Part shown: positions 1 to 9,070 of the stretch, one piece after another
Layout: each line of letters starts with the position of its first letter
Numbering within the stretch: position 1 is the stretch's first letter
DNA from: Candidatus Omnitrophota bacterium
GTDB taxonomy: Bacteria; Omnitrophota; Gorgyraeia; Zapsychrales; JAHFFX01
Assembly: GCA_023247725.1 (NCBI GenBank)
Contig: JAHFFW010000011.1
Coordinates: forward strand, 5,089-69,088
Length of the DNA stretch: 64,000 nt
Direction of reading: 5' to 3'
The notes under the pieces: generated by a model
Seen by the model: only the letters and a program-made list of their open reading frames with translations
Told to the model about the DNA's origin: nothing
Database searches by the model: none
Translations under genes and position numbers: made by a program

Positions 1-11
1 GAGGAGCAACC

Positions 12-413
12 ATGAGAAAAGTAATAATATTAAGTATGGTTTTGAGCTTGGCAGGCATCGTCGGCTGTGCGAGCACCACAAAAAGTTATACGTGGCAGGA
101 TATCAACAAAGAGGTTGGACCTAAAGTTCCCGAGCCGCATGGGTATCTGAAAGTTTATACAGAAACTACCGATACCAATGATGCCGATGTTCACCGTTAT
201 CCGCATTTGCCCTACACAATTTATTCACCGGAAGGGAAGAAAATAAAATGGGTAAAAAATAGCTGGTCGAGTACGGATGAATATCCAGAGGTGGTGGAAT
301 TAGTACCGGGAAAATATGTGATAGAGCCGGATGTCTGGACAACAAAAAAGGAAATCATCGGCGCAACTATTGAGGATGGCAAAACAACCGAGATTTATTT
401 GGCCGGGGAATAA
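12..413 (+). CDS. Hypothetical lipoprotein
   Basis: GAGGAG RBS, basic N-terminus, hydrophobic stretch and lipobox-like IVGC. Confidence 0.7.
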   Translation: MRKVIILSMVLSLAGIVGCASTTKSYTWQDINKEVGPKVPEPHGYLKVYTETTDTNDADVHRYPHLPYTIYSPEGKKIKWVKNSWSSTDEYPEVVELVPGKYVIEPDVWTTKKEIIGATIEDGKTTEIYLAGE

Positions 414-429
414 AAATGGAGGAGGAAAA

Positions 430-1611
430 ATGACTTTGATTAAAAGAGAGGGGGGGAGAATTTATTTTTTTGTTATTGGCATAATTGTCTTAGTGAGTTT
501 ATCACATACGGCATATGCTCAAACAGAAAATAGAGTCTTGTCACAGGAAGAATTATCAACGCATGTGATCGGGCTTGAGAAAGAAGTCCAAGATTTGAAA
601 AAGATTATTCAGCAGCAAAATGAGATCATCAATAAGTTGAGCAGTAAAGCTGAAGAACCCAAAACAGAAAGTATCGCTGCTGTTCAAGAGAAGCCCAAAG
701 AAGAAAAATCACCAGTTTTGGCCGGAATGGGCAAGGTAGATTTGAGCATCCTTCTTCAGGAATGGTACGTTCACGACGATCATGCGAAAGATAATTTTAA
801 ACATCGTCGACTAGAAGTAGGTTTAGGCGGTAAGCTCGAAGATCATCTTCTTTGGAAAGTTCAGATTGATCCTTCGTTGGTGCAAGAAGACAACACAACC
901 CGCAGTATCCTTAAAGATGCTTATGTGGGTTATGACGATATTCCGCATCACGTTATTCAATTGGGTCAGTATAAAATTCCGATTACGGAAGAGGGATTTC
1001 GATCTTCAGCCAAGATTGATACGATTGAACGTTCCTTTATCGGACGAACTTTCGGCGATAAACGTGATATCGGTGTAATGGCTCTCGGTACTTGGAAGTA
1101 CGCGGACTATCAGCTCGGTGTATTTAACGGCGAAGGACCCAACAAAAGCGATACCAACGATCAAAAAGATTTAGCAGGGCGATTTGTTTTGAAACCATTC
1201 CCTGATAACGCTTCACTAAAAGGGTTTCAGGTTGGTTCTTCCTTTTATGTTCGACCAACCAATAAAACAGCGAGCGAAAAGAAACGCATCGGCGCTGAGG
1301 CGCGTTATGAAAATGGACCTTTTTCATTAAAATCAGAATTTATGAAAGGACAGGATGCCGCTGTGCCGGAAAATGGCTGGTATGTTCAGACAGGATATTT
1401 TTTCCATCCCCAATGGCAGGCCATTGCCAAGTATGAGGGATTTGATCCTAATGAAAGAAAGGACGACGACCGGGAATATGACACCACGGTCGGATTAAAC
1501 TATTTTCTGATTGATAAGAAAACGAAGTTACAACTTAATTATATTCATAAGAATGTCCTTGGAGGGACGGATGAGAATCAAGTCATCGGCGCCGCTCAAT
1601 ATGCGTTTTAA
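430..1611 (+). CDS. Outer-membrane porin, OprO/OprP-like, with N-terminal coiled coil
   Basis: GGAGG before ATG 430; signal peptide ending AYA; coiled coil; DAY..GQYKIP and ERS motifs; C-terminal Phe. Confidence 0.7.
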   Translation: MTLIKREGGRIYFFVIGIIVLVSLSHTAYAQTENRVLSQEELSTHVIGLEKEVQDLKKIIQQQNEIINKLSSKAEEPKTESIAAVQEKPKEEKSPVLAGMGKVDLSILLQEWYVHDDHAKDNFKHRRLEVGLGGKLEDHLLWKVQIDPSLVQEDNTTRSILKDAYVGYDDIPHHVIQLGQYKIPITEEGFRSSAKIDTIERSFIGRTFGDKRDIGVMALGTWKYADYQLGVFNGEGPNKSDTNDQKDLAGRFVLKPFPDNASLKGFQVGSSFYVRPTNKTASEKKRIGAEARYENGPFSLKSEFMKGQDAAVPENGWYVQTGYFFHPQWQAIAKYEGFDPNERKDDDREYDTTVGLNYFLIDKKTKLQLNYIHKNVLGGTDENQVIGAAQYAF

Positions 1612-1619
1612 TATTTTAT

Positions 1620-1647
1620 TTGACAAAAAAACTTTCCTTGCAATAAT
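1620..1647 (+). promoter_or_regulatory. Probable sigma70 promoter for rpsA
   Basis: TTGACA 1620-1625, 16-nt spacer, TGcAATAAT extended -10-like. Confidence 0.45.
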
Positions 1648-1716
1648 AGGGTACTTTGGATTTCCTCTGCATCGCTTCACTTCCGAAGAATCCATCCTAA
1701 AGAGAGGTTATTTTTT

Positions 1717-3267
1717 ATGCCCGAAGACAGAAAAACCTTGATGGCCCAGCTGTATCACAGCACCCTTAAAGATATTAAGGAAGGAGAGATCGTCAAGGGA
1801 ACCATTGTTTCGATTAATCCCAAAGAAGTGGTCGTTGATATCGGCTTCAAATCCGAAGGATTTGTGGCGATTGAAGAATTCCGTGATCGTGACGAGCTAC
1901 GCCCGGGTCAGCAAATTGATGTCCTTATTGAATCCATTGAAGACGAAGACGGACGTTTGGTACTTTCAAGGGTCAAGGCCGAAAAAATGAAAGGCTGGCA
2001 ACAGATCATTGATGATGTCAACGAAGGCGACATCGTCGAAGGCCGGGTCATGAAGCAGGTCAAAGGCGGATACATCATCGATGTTCAGGGCGTCGAGGCC
2101 TTTTTGCCTTTATCCTTATCTTCCTTCCGCGGCATCTCCAATGAAGAAATCATGGCTAATAAATATCGATTCCAAGTGGCGAAGATGAACAAACAGCGCC
2201 GCAATTTGATCCTTTCGCGACGGGATGTGGTGCAGAAGGAACGCGAGGAGGTCAAGGCCAAATTGTGGGATGAGTTGGCCAAAGGGCAGCGCCGCGCCGG
2301 GACGATTAAGGGGATTACGGATTTTGGCGCCTTCGTTGATTTGGGCGGCGTCGACGGGCTTTTGCATATCACCGACATGAGCTGGTCGCGGATCAGTCAC
2401 CCTTCCGAAATCGTTGCGATCGGGGATAAGATTGAAGTTCTGATTCTGGATTTTGATCGTGCCAATTCCAAAGTTTCTTTAGGGCTCAAGCAGATCCAGG
2501 CCAATCCTTGGAATGAAGTCTACGAAAAATATCCACCGGGAACTCGCGTCAAAGGCAAGGTCGTGAACATCATGCCCTACGGTGTTTTTGTCGAGATTGA
2601 CAAAGGCATCGAAGGGTTATTGCATTCCTCCGAAATCTCCTGGCAAAAAAAGATGGTCAATCCGCAGGAAGTTTTCACGATTGGCGATCAGATCGAAGTC
2701 CAGATCATCAATGTGGATAAGGATTCCAAGCGCATTTCGCTCAGCATGAAACAGCTCGAGGCGAACCCCTGGCTCGAGGCTCCGAAAAAATTTCCCGTCA
2801 ATACGAAGGTCGAGGGCAAAGTCCGGGGGTTTACGGATTACGGGGCCTTCGTTGAACTTGAATCCGGTTTGGAAGGCATGATCCACGTCTCGGATATGTC
2901 CTGGACCAAGAAGGTCAATCATCCGCAAGAAATCCTCAAAAAAGGGCAAACGGTTGAAGTCATGATCCTCGCCGTCGATGCCGACAATCGCAAGATCACC
3001 TTAGGGCTCAAGCAATTGACTCCTAATCCCTGGAATGAGATCGCCTCCCGTTATCCGGTCGGTACGGAAGTAGATGCGGAAGTCGTTCTTAATTCGAACT
3101 TCGGTGTTTTTGTTAAACTAGAAAATGATTTGGAAGCCTTGGTTTACTCCTCCGAAATCGACAAGGCGCAAGCCGCCGCCCTCAAACCCGGAGACAAGTT
3201 GAGAGTCCGGGTCATTAAGGTTGACGTCGAGCAGATGAAGATCGGTGTGAGTACTCGCCTTAGTTAA
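1717..3267 (+). CDS. rpsA: 30S ribosomal protein S1
   Basis: Repeated S1 domains ([22 protein letters not shown] etc.). Confidence 0.97.
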   Translation: MPEDRKTLMAQLYHSTLKDIKEGEIVKGTIVSINPKEVVVDIGFKSEGFVAIEEFRDRDELRPGQQIDVLIESIEDEDGRLVLSRVKAEKMKGWQQIIDDVNEGDIVEGRVMKQVKGGYIIDVQGVEAFLPLSLSSFRGISNEEIMANKYRFQVAKMNKQRRNLILSRRDVVQKEREEVKAKLWDELAKGQRRAGTIKGITDFGAFVDLGGVDGLLHITDMSWSRISHPSEIVAIGDKIEVLILDFDRANSKVSLGLKQIQANPWNEVYEKYPPGTRVKGKVVNIMPYGVFVEIDKGIEGLLHSSEISWQKKMVNPQEVFTIGDQIEVQIINVDKDSKRISLSMKQLEANPWLEAPKKFPVNTKVEGKVRGFTDYGAFVELESGLEGMIHVSDMSWTKKVNHPQEILKKGQTVEVMILAVDADNRKITLGLKQLTPNPWNEIASRYPVGTEVDAEVVLNSNFGVFVKLENDLEALVYSSEIDKAQAAALKPGDKLRVRVIKVDVEQMKIGVSTRLS

Positions 3268-3287
3268 TCAGCTGCAACATCCTCGTT

Positions 3288-4460
3288 ATGCAGATCGAAG
3301 AACAGCTCCAAACGATATCTCGGGGAACCTCCGAGATCATCAGCCTCGAGGCTTTGACTAAAAAACTGCATGAGAGCAGCCAATCCAAAAAAAAATTGCG
3401 CGTCAAGGCGGGTTTTGATCCGACCGCACCAGACATCCATCTGGGGCATGTCGTCCTTCTGCGCAAGTTGAGACAATTCCAGAATCTGGGGCATGAGGTT
3501 TATTTTTTAATTGGCGATTTTACCGCTCAGATTGGCGACCCGACAGGCCGAGACCAGTTGCGGCCGAAAATGGATAGCGCGCAGATCAAGGCAAACGCCC
3601 GCACTTATAAAGCGCAGGTTTTTAAAATCCTCGATGAGAAAAAAACAAAGGTGGTTTTTAATAGTTCTTGGCTGAGTAAAATGGATACTTCCGAACTCCT
3701 CGAATTAACCCAGCATTGTACGGTGGCACAGATGCTCGCACGCGCCGACTTCAAGAAACGTTTTGAAGAAAATAAGGAAATCAGCCTCCTGGAATTTCTT
3801 TATCCCCTTCTGCAGGGATATGATTCGATTCACTTGAAGGCCGACGTGGAATTGGGTGGTTCGGATCAGAAATTTAATTTATTGATGGGACGGCAATTGC
3901 AAGAAGCCTATCGTGTGCCGGCGCAGGTTGTGATCATGATGCCTTTATTGGAAGGGACCGACGGTGTGCAAAAGATGAGTAAATCCCTCAATAATTATAT
4001 TGGCATTGAGGAGCCGCCCAAAGAAATTTTCGGGAAGATCATGTCCGTGAGCGATGAGTCGATGATGCGGTATTTTGAACTCCTGACGTCCCGCGACCTC
4101 AAAGAGGTTCACCGGATGCATCCGCGCGCCGCCAAGATGGATTTGGCCCAGGAAGTCGTTTCTCAATTTTATTCGATCCGGCAAGCCCGGCAATCCCGGG
4201 AAGATTTTGAGAAAACCTTTAGCCGGAGGCAAACTCCGGACGATGTCATCGAGTTCAAATTTCAACCGGGGGTTTCTTTGAGTCTGAGTGATATTCTTTT
4301 GCAAAACCATTTGGTCGAATCCCGCAATGAAGTGCGGCGCCTTCTTAAACAGGGGGCCATCAGTCACGAGGGCCAAAAAATCGAACGAGAGGACTGGCCG
4401 ATCCAAGAAGGTGTGCTCAAGGTGGGTAAACGAAGATTTCTCAAACTGGTCCAGGCCTGA
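3288..4460 (+). CDS. tyrS: Tyrosine--tRNA ligase
   Basis: [19 protein letters not shown]-terminal S4-like domain. Confidence 0.97.
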   Translation: MQIEEQLQTISRGTSEIISLEALTKKLHESSQSKKKLRVKAGFDPTAPDIHLGHVVLLRKLRQFQNLGHEVYFLIGDFTAQIGDPTGRDQLRPKMDSAQIKANARTYKAQVFKILDEKKTKVVFNSSWLSKMDTSELLELTQHCTVAQMLARADFKKRFEENKEISLLEFLYPLLQGYDSIHLKADVELGGSDQKFNLLMGRQLQEAYRVPAQVVIMMPLLEGTDGVQKMSKSLNNYIGIEEPPKEIFGKIMSVSDESMMRYFELLTSRDLKEVHRMHPRAAKMDLAQEVVSQFYSIRQARQSREDFEKTFSRRQTPDDVIEFKFQPGVSLSLSDILLQNHLVESRNEVRRLLKQGAISHEGQKIEREDWPIQEGVLKVGKRRFLKLVQA

Positions 4461-4523
4461 GACAGACAGAATCATAAGTTAAATAAATATCTATAATTAA
4501 GTCTTTAAAAGAGAACAAAGTTC

Positions 4524-4552
4524 TTGACATAAAAAATCGTTTCCATTATACT
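4524..4552 (+). promoter_or_regulatory. Near-consensus sigma70 promoter
   Basis: TTGACA-17 nt-TATACT. Confidence 0.65.
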
Positions 4553-4599
4553 TCTGCTTTACCTTCTTAAGCCTTGGAGCTTCCCCAAAAAATCTTGCC

Positions 4600-4695
4600 A
4601 TGAAATCTCGACATCTTTTAGCGATGCTGGTTTTTTCTGTGCTCTTAGCGACAGCGACGGATGTTTTTTCTGGATCGATTGAAGTTAAAAAGTAA
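4600..4695 (+). other. 31-codon ORF resembling an isolated signal peptide (micropeptide or gene remnant)
   Basis: MKSRHLLAMLVFSVLLATATDVFSGSIEVKK*, just downstream of the 4524 promoter. Confidence 0.35.
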
Positions 4696-4829
4696 ACAAC
4701 GTTATCAAGAATCGAACGAGGGAGAAAATTTGTTAACCTTGGCCTGGGACGTGGATTTGGATCTCCCGGTTGACAAAATGGCACAAATTTTCAGATGTTT
4801 AGTGGATTGATTCTCGAAAGGAAAAGGTT

Positions 4830-5033
4830 ATGAGACTACGAATTATTCTCGAACCAAGCGACGAAGGCGGATATACCGTTATCGTTCCCTCCTTGCCAGG
4901 CTGTATTAGTGAAGGAGACACAAAAGAAGAGGCTCTCACCAATATTAAAGAAGCGATTGCGTTATATCTTGAACTCGTTGAAGACGACCAAGTTTTTAGT
5001 CCCAAAAGCGAAAATTTAGAAATTAATGTATGA
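4830..5033 (+). CDS. hicB: HicB-family antitoxin, short form
   Basis: EGGYTVIVPSLPGCISEGDTKEEALTNIKEAI signature. Confidence 0.9.
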   Translation: MRLRIILEPSDEGGYTVIVPSLPGCISEGDTKEEALTNIKEAIALYLELVEDDQVFSPKSENLEINV

Positions 5034-5257
5034 CCAAAGTGCCGAGCGTCAATTATGAAAAAGTCATCAAGGCGTTAAGAAGAAATGGCTGGGTCGTGGT
5101 TCGACAGAGAGGAAGTCATATCAGATTGCAAAAAGAGACAACAGAACGCGTGCTGAAGTTAACTGTCCCTGCGCATCGCCCGATTAAACGTTCCACCTTA
5201 GCGCATATTCTGAAACAAGCGGAGATTTCGGTAGAAAAATTTATAGAACTCCTATAG
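5030..5257 (+). CDS. hicA: HicA-family mRNA interferase toxin
   Basis: GW..RQRGSH motif, VPAH, TL..ILKQA; ATGA overlap with hicB. Confidence 0.9.
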   Translation: MTKVPSVNYEKVIKALRRNGWVVVRQRGSHIRLQKETTERVLKLTVPAHRPIKRSTLAHILKQAEISVEKFIELL

Positions 5258-5307
5258 AGATTAAAACATGGAGCATGCTTTTTGGGGATCATCATCTGGA
5301 ACAAAGA

Positions 5308-5461
5308 TTATGGTCATCTGCCCCTGTCCCGGCTCTCCTCAAAGGTTATTGCGGTCGTTGGTGCCGGGGCAAACTGTCCGGGAATATATTTTGATTGTTT
5401 ATGGTCGTTTGCCCCTGCCCTTGCTGTCTAGTAAAGATTTATTGAAGCAAGGACCGGGGCA
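5308..5461. repeat. Two degenerate ~63-bp palindromic direct repeats
   Basis: TTATGGTCRTYTGCCCCTG...AAAGRTT..ATTG...CCGGGGCA at 5308-5371 and 5399-5461. Confidence 0.6.
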
Positions 5462-5492
5462 TGCCTCTCTTTAAAAAATATTATGGAAGCAT

Positions 5493-5565
<73 letters not shown>

Positions 5566-5596
5566 TTTCTAATGCAGCATCGAGATTTTTAAAGCC

Positions 5597-5749
5597 ATGC
5601 GCGAACAAATTCAGTTAGAATGCACCGAGTGTCGCCGGATCAACTACAGCACGACCAAAGATAAGAAACAGAAGCCCGAAAGGCTTGAGCTAAAGAAATA
5701 CTGCCGGTTTTGCCGAAAACACGTTCTTCATAGGGAATTGAAGAAGTAA
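5597..5749 (+). CDS. rpmG: 50S ribosomal protein L33, zinc-ribbon type (absent from ORF track)
   Basis: Manual translation [21 protein letters not shown]...[21 protein letters not shown]. Confidence 0.95.
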   Translation: MREQIQLECTECRRINYSTTKDKKQKPERLELKKYCRFCRKHVLHRELKK

Positions 5750-5823
5750 TTGGAGTCTTGCCCGTTCGACCCTGGGTCAACCATATCACCAAGGTGTCAC
5801 GAAGATAATCCTATAAAAGGTAT

Positions 5824-5900
5824 AGGCCTGTAGCTCTAATTGGCAGAGCGACGGTCTCCAAAACCGAAGGTTGCAGGTTCGACTCCTGCCAGGCCTGCCA
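5824..5900 (+). tRNA. tRNA-Trp(CCA)
   Basis: AGGCCTG/CAGGCCT acceptor, CTCCAAA loop, GGTTCGA, 3' CCA; usual position before secE. Confidence 0.95.
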
Positions 5901-5939
5901 TGAACCAAAAAGGTTCATGGCCTGCATGAATCGCAGCCG

Positions 5940-6125
5940 ATGATCGCAAAAATCCGAAAATTTTTTTCCGAAGTCGCAGTGGAATTAAAAAAGGTTTCCT
6001 GGTCCACCCGTCGAGAATTAATCGACTCGACCTGGGTCATTCTCATCAGCTCCAGCATTTTGGGAGTTTTTATCGCCATCGCCGATTTTATTTTTTCTAA
6101 ATTATTAGGACTGATCATTCGTTAG
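5940..6125 (+). CDS. secE: Preprotein translocase SecE
   Basis: ELKKVSW motif, one TM helix, synteny. Confidence 0.95.
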   Translation: MIAKIRKFFSEVAVELKKVSWSTRRELIDSTWVILISSSILGVFIAIADFIFSKLLGLIIR

Positions 6126-6128
6126 TCT

Positions 6129-6659
6129 ATGTCCATGAAATGGTATGTGATTCACACCCAAACCGGGGCCGAAGAAAAAGCCAGGGCCGGCTTAGAAAGC
6201 CGGATTCAGAAAACCGCTTTAAAAAATTATATCGGGGAGATTGTTGTTCCCACCGAACAGGTCTCCGAGATCCGGGGAGGCAAAAAACGAATATCCGCGC
6301 GCAAGTTTTTTCCCGGTTATATCCTGTTAAAGATGGAGATGAACAAAGAGAGCTGGTATTTGGTCAAAAGCACTCCGGGCATTACCGGTTTTATTGGTCA
6401 TGGGAACATTCCATCGCCTTTAACCGAAGATGAAGTCAATAGGATCTTGAAAAGGACTCAGGAAACTGAAACGAAACCAAGTCCCAAGATCGTTTTTGAA
6501 TTGGGAGAGGCGGTGCGAATTTCCCAGGGGCCGTTCGCCAATTTTAACGGAACGGTCATGGAAGTCTATCCGGACCGCGGCAAACTCAAGGTCAGTGTCT
6601 CCATTTTTGGCAGGGCTACGCTCGTCGAGATGGAATACTGGCAGGTCGAAAAGGTGTAA
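6129..6659 (+). CDS. nusG: Transcription factor NusG
   Basis: KWYVIHT, FFPGY, TPGITGF, KOW with SIFGR. Confidence 0.97.
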   Translation: MSMKWYVIHTQTGAEEKARAGLESRIQKTALKNYIGEIVVPTEQVSEIRGGKKRISARKFFPGYILLKMEMNKESWYLVKSTPGITGFIGHGNIPSPLTEDEVNRILKRTQETETKPSPKIVFELGEAVRISQGPFANFNGTVMEVYPDRGKLKVSVSIFGRATLVEMEYWQVEKV

Positions 6660-6886
6660 TGATGGGAATCTTAACTCGATTATTTAGAAGCCGAGGGAAT
6701 AATTCCACGTCACAAGTTTTTAACGTTGAAGATAATATAAAAGTAAAGACCGGAGCGTTTAAAGATTTCACGGGCATCATCAAAGAAATAGATTTAAAGA
6801 AAAAGAAACTTCACGTTGCAATTACAGGTCTTCCGGTATCGGAAGCGTTAGTTGAATTTGATTACTCGCAAGTTGAAAAGGTTTAA
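6659..6886 (+). CDS. Stand-alone NusG C-terminal (KOW) domain protein
   Basis: About 19/55 identities by eye to the adjacent NusG CTD, same QVEKV end; TAATG overlap with nusG. Confidence 0.8.
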   Translation: MMGILTRLFRSRGNNSTSQVFNVEDNIKVKTGAFKDFTGIIKEIDLKKKKLHVAITGLPVSEALVEFDYSQVEKV

Positions 6887-6892
6887 ACTCCT

Positions 6893-7318
6893 ATGGCAAA
6901 GGAAGTGATCGCTCAAATCAAATTGTACGTCCCCGCCGGACAAGCGAATCCGGCGCCGCCCGTCGGTCCAGCCTTGGGCCAGCATGGCGTCAATATCATG
7001 ATGTTTTGCAAGCAATTCAACGAAAGAACGAAAGGCAGAGAGGGGCTCATTCTGCCGGCGGTCATCACCGTTTATAAAGATAAGTCTTTTGAGTTCATCG
7101 TCAAGTCGCCGCCCAGTTCCGTCCTCATCAAAAAAGCGGCCAATTTGGCAAAGGCGTCCGGAACCGCAGGAAAAGAGAAAATCGGTTCCATTACCCGTAG
7201 GCAAGTTCAGGAGATTGCCAAACAAAAGATGGAAGATTTGAATACCGCGGACATGGCCGCCGCTCTCAAAATCGTCGAGGGCACCGCGCGCAGTATGGGT
7301 ATTGAAATCAAGGATTAA
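6893..7318 (+). CDS. rplK: 50S ribosomal protein L11
   Basis: [18 protein letters not shown]. Confidence 0.98.
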   Translation: MAKEVIAQIKLYVPAGQANPAPPVGPALGQHGVNIMMFCKQFNERTKGREGLILPAVITVYKDKSFEFIVKSPPSSVLIKKAANLAKASGTAGKEKIGSITRRQVQEIAKQKMEDLNTADMAAALKIVEGTARSMGIEIKD

Positions 7319-7322
7319 GATC

Positions 7323-8003
7323 ATGAACCGAATCAACAAGCGCATGAAGCAGGCCAGCGAAACCTTTGATCCGACGAAGGTCTACACGCTCGAAGAGGCC
7401 ATTGCCAATCTGGAAAGATTTCCAAAGGTAAAATTTGACGAAACCGTGGAATTGCATCTGCATTTAAATATTGACACCAAACTTTCCGAGCAGGGAATCC
7501 GCGGCACCGTTGTTTTGCCGCATGGGACCGGCAAGAAAGTTCGCGTGGCCGTTGTTTGTAAAGGCCCCCAACAGGACAAAGCCAAAAGCGCAGGAGCGGA
7601 TCATGTGGGTGCCGAAGAATTGATTGAAAAAATCAATAAAGGCTTTATGGATTTTGATTGTGTGGTGGCCAGCCCCGACATGATGCGGGAATTGAGTAAG
7701 CTGGGAAAGATTTTGGGTCCACGCGGACTCATGCCATCTCCCAAAGCCGGGACTGTGACGACGGATGTCGAGCGGGCGGTGAAAGAAGTCAAGGCCGGAA
7801 AGATCGAATTCAAATCCGATAAGCAGGCCGGAATTCACGTCGGAATCGGCAAACGGTCCTTTGCGCGGGACCAAATTTTGGAAAATGCCAGACTGGTGAT
7901 CGATGCCATCAATGCCTCCAAGCCCGCATCGGTTAAAGGGAATCTCGTCAAAAGCATTTTTGTCAGCACCTCGATGGGGCCAGGATTAAAGGTGGGATTA
8001 TGA
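7323..8003 (+). CDS. rplA: 50S ribosomal protein L1
   Basis: KFDETVE, LPHGTGK, LGPRGLMP; ATG 7323 preferred. Confidence 0.97.
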   Translation: MNRINKRMKQASETFDPTKVYTLEEAIANLERFPKVKFDETVELHLHLNIDTKLSEQGIRGTVVLPHGTGKKVRVAVVCKGPQQDKAKSAGADHVGAEELIEKINKGFMDFDCVVASPDMMRELSKLGKILGPRGLMPSPKAGTVTTDVERAVKEVKAGKIEFKSDKQAGIHVGIGKRSFARDQILENARLVIDAINASKPASVKGNLVKSIFVSTSMGPGLKVGL

Positions 8004-8530
8004 CCAAAGTTGGAAAAATTTATCGCGATGGATTGGCTTCCCGAATAGAGGACGGAGTAAAAAATCGCAACACCACGTTGGTCATGAGCTATACCGGAGT
8101 TTCGGCGCCGCAGATGAATTCCTTGCGCAAGGAGTTGAAACAAAAAGGGGCCAAGGTTTATGTCTCGAGAAAAACAATTGCCGGAATCGCCTTGAAAGAA
8201 TTGCAGTTTGATCAACTGGCCAGTCGGTTGGATGGTCAGACCGCTTTTATCTGGGCCGATGGCGATTCTACGGAAGTCAGCAAGACCCTCGTCAAATTTG
8301 CCAAAGAATGCAAAGGCATCCATATTCTCGGAGGTATTCTTGAGGGCTCTCTATTAGAGAAGGCCGATGTGCAGAAACTCTCCGATCTGCCTTCTCGGGC
8401 TGTGCTGTTATCCCAGCTTTTGGGAACCATGCAGGCTCCGTTGTCTCGGCTGGCCGGAGCACTCAATGCCAAGACTCAGGAGCTTTTATCAATATTAACG
8501 CAGTTGAGTGAACAAAAGGAAAAAAGCTAA
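8000..8530 (+). CDS. rplJ: 50S ribosomal protein L10
   Basis: Position between rplA and rplL; LPSR..L motif. Confidence 0.92.
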   Translation: MTKVGKIYRDGLASRIEDGVKNRNTTLVMSYTGVSAPQMNSLRKELKQKGAKVYVSRKTIAGIALKELQFDQLASRLDGQTAFIWADGDSTEVSKTLVKFAKECKGIHILGGILEGSLLEKADVQKLSDLPSRAVLLSQLLGTMQAPLSRLAGALNAKTQELLSILTQLSEQKEKS

Positions 8531-8578
8531 CAACGACCGCATCCAAAATTTGGGTCGTCATTCAAGGAGGTAGTAACC

Positions 8579-9004
8579 ATGTCAGAAGCAACCGTAACCG
8601 AAAAAAAAGAACTTGCGCCCAAATTGGAAGAAGTGGCCAAGGCCATCGAAGGCCTGACCGCTTTAGAGTTGTCCGAACTCGTGAAGGGCCTGGAAGATCG
8701 TTTTGGTATTAAAGCCGCCGCACCCATGGCTGGCATGATGATGGCGGCGGGTCCCGCTGCTGGTGGATCTGCCCCTGCCGCTGCGGAACAGAAAGAAAAT
8801 TTTGACGTCGTCCTCAAGGAAGCCGGAGCGAATAAAATCGCCGTCATTAAAGAAGTTCGCGCGGTCACGAATCTTGGTCTCAAAGAAGCCAAAGATCTCG
8901 TCGAGGCTGCACCTAAAACCGTCAAAGAAGCGGTCCCGAAAGCGGAAGCCGAAGAATTGAAAAAGAAACTCGAAGCGGCTGGCGCCAAGGTTGAATTGAA
9001 GTAA
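8579..9004 (+). CDS. rplL: 50S ribosomal protein L7/L12
   Basis: Ala-rich hinge, [20 protein letters not shown]. Confidence 0.98.
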   Translation: MSEATVTEKKELAPKLEEVAKAIEGLTALELSELVKGLEDRFGIKAAAPMAGMMMAAGPAAGGSAPAAAEQKENFDVVLKEAGANKIAVIKEVRAVTNLGLKEAKDLVEAAPKTVKEAVPKAEAEELKKKLEAAGAKVELK

Positions 9005-9070
9005 TGTTCATTTTCTCATTTTAGCGAAATTTCAATCCATCAAGCTTTTTTCTAAGGAGAAATCCTTTCC

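Noticed and set aside
4497-4784. 95-aa minus-strand ORF
   Set aside because: No motif, and it overlaps a near-consensus + strand promoter and the signal-like ORF
5268-5474. 68-aa ORF after hicA
   Set aside because: No recognisable family; coincides with the palindromic repeats
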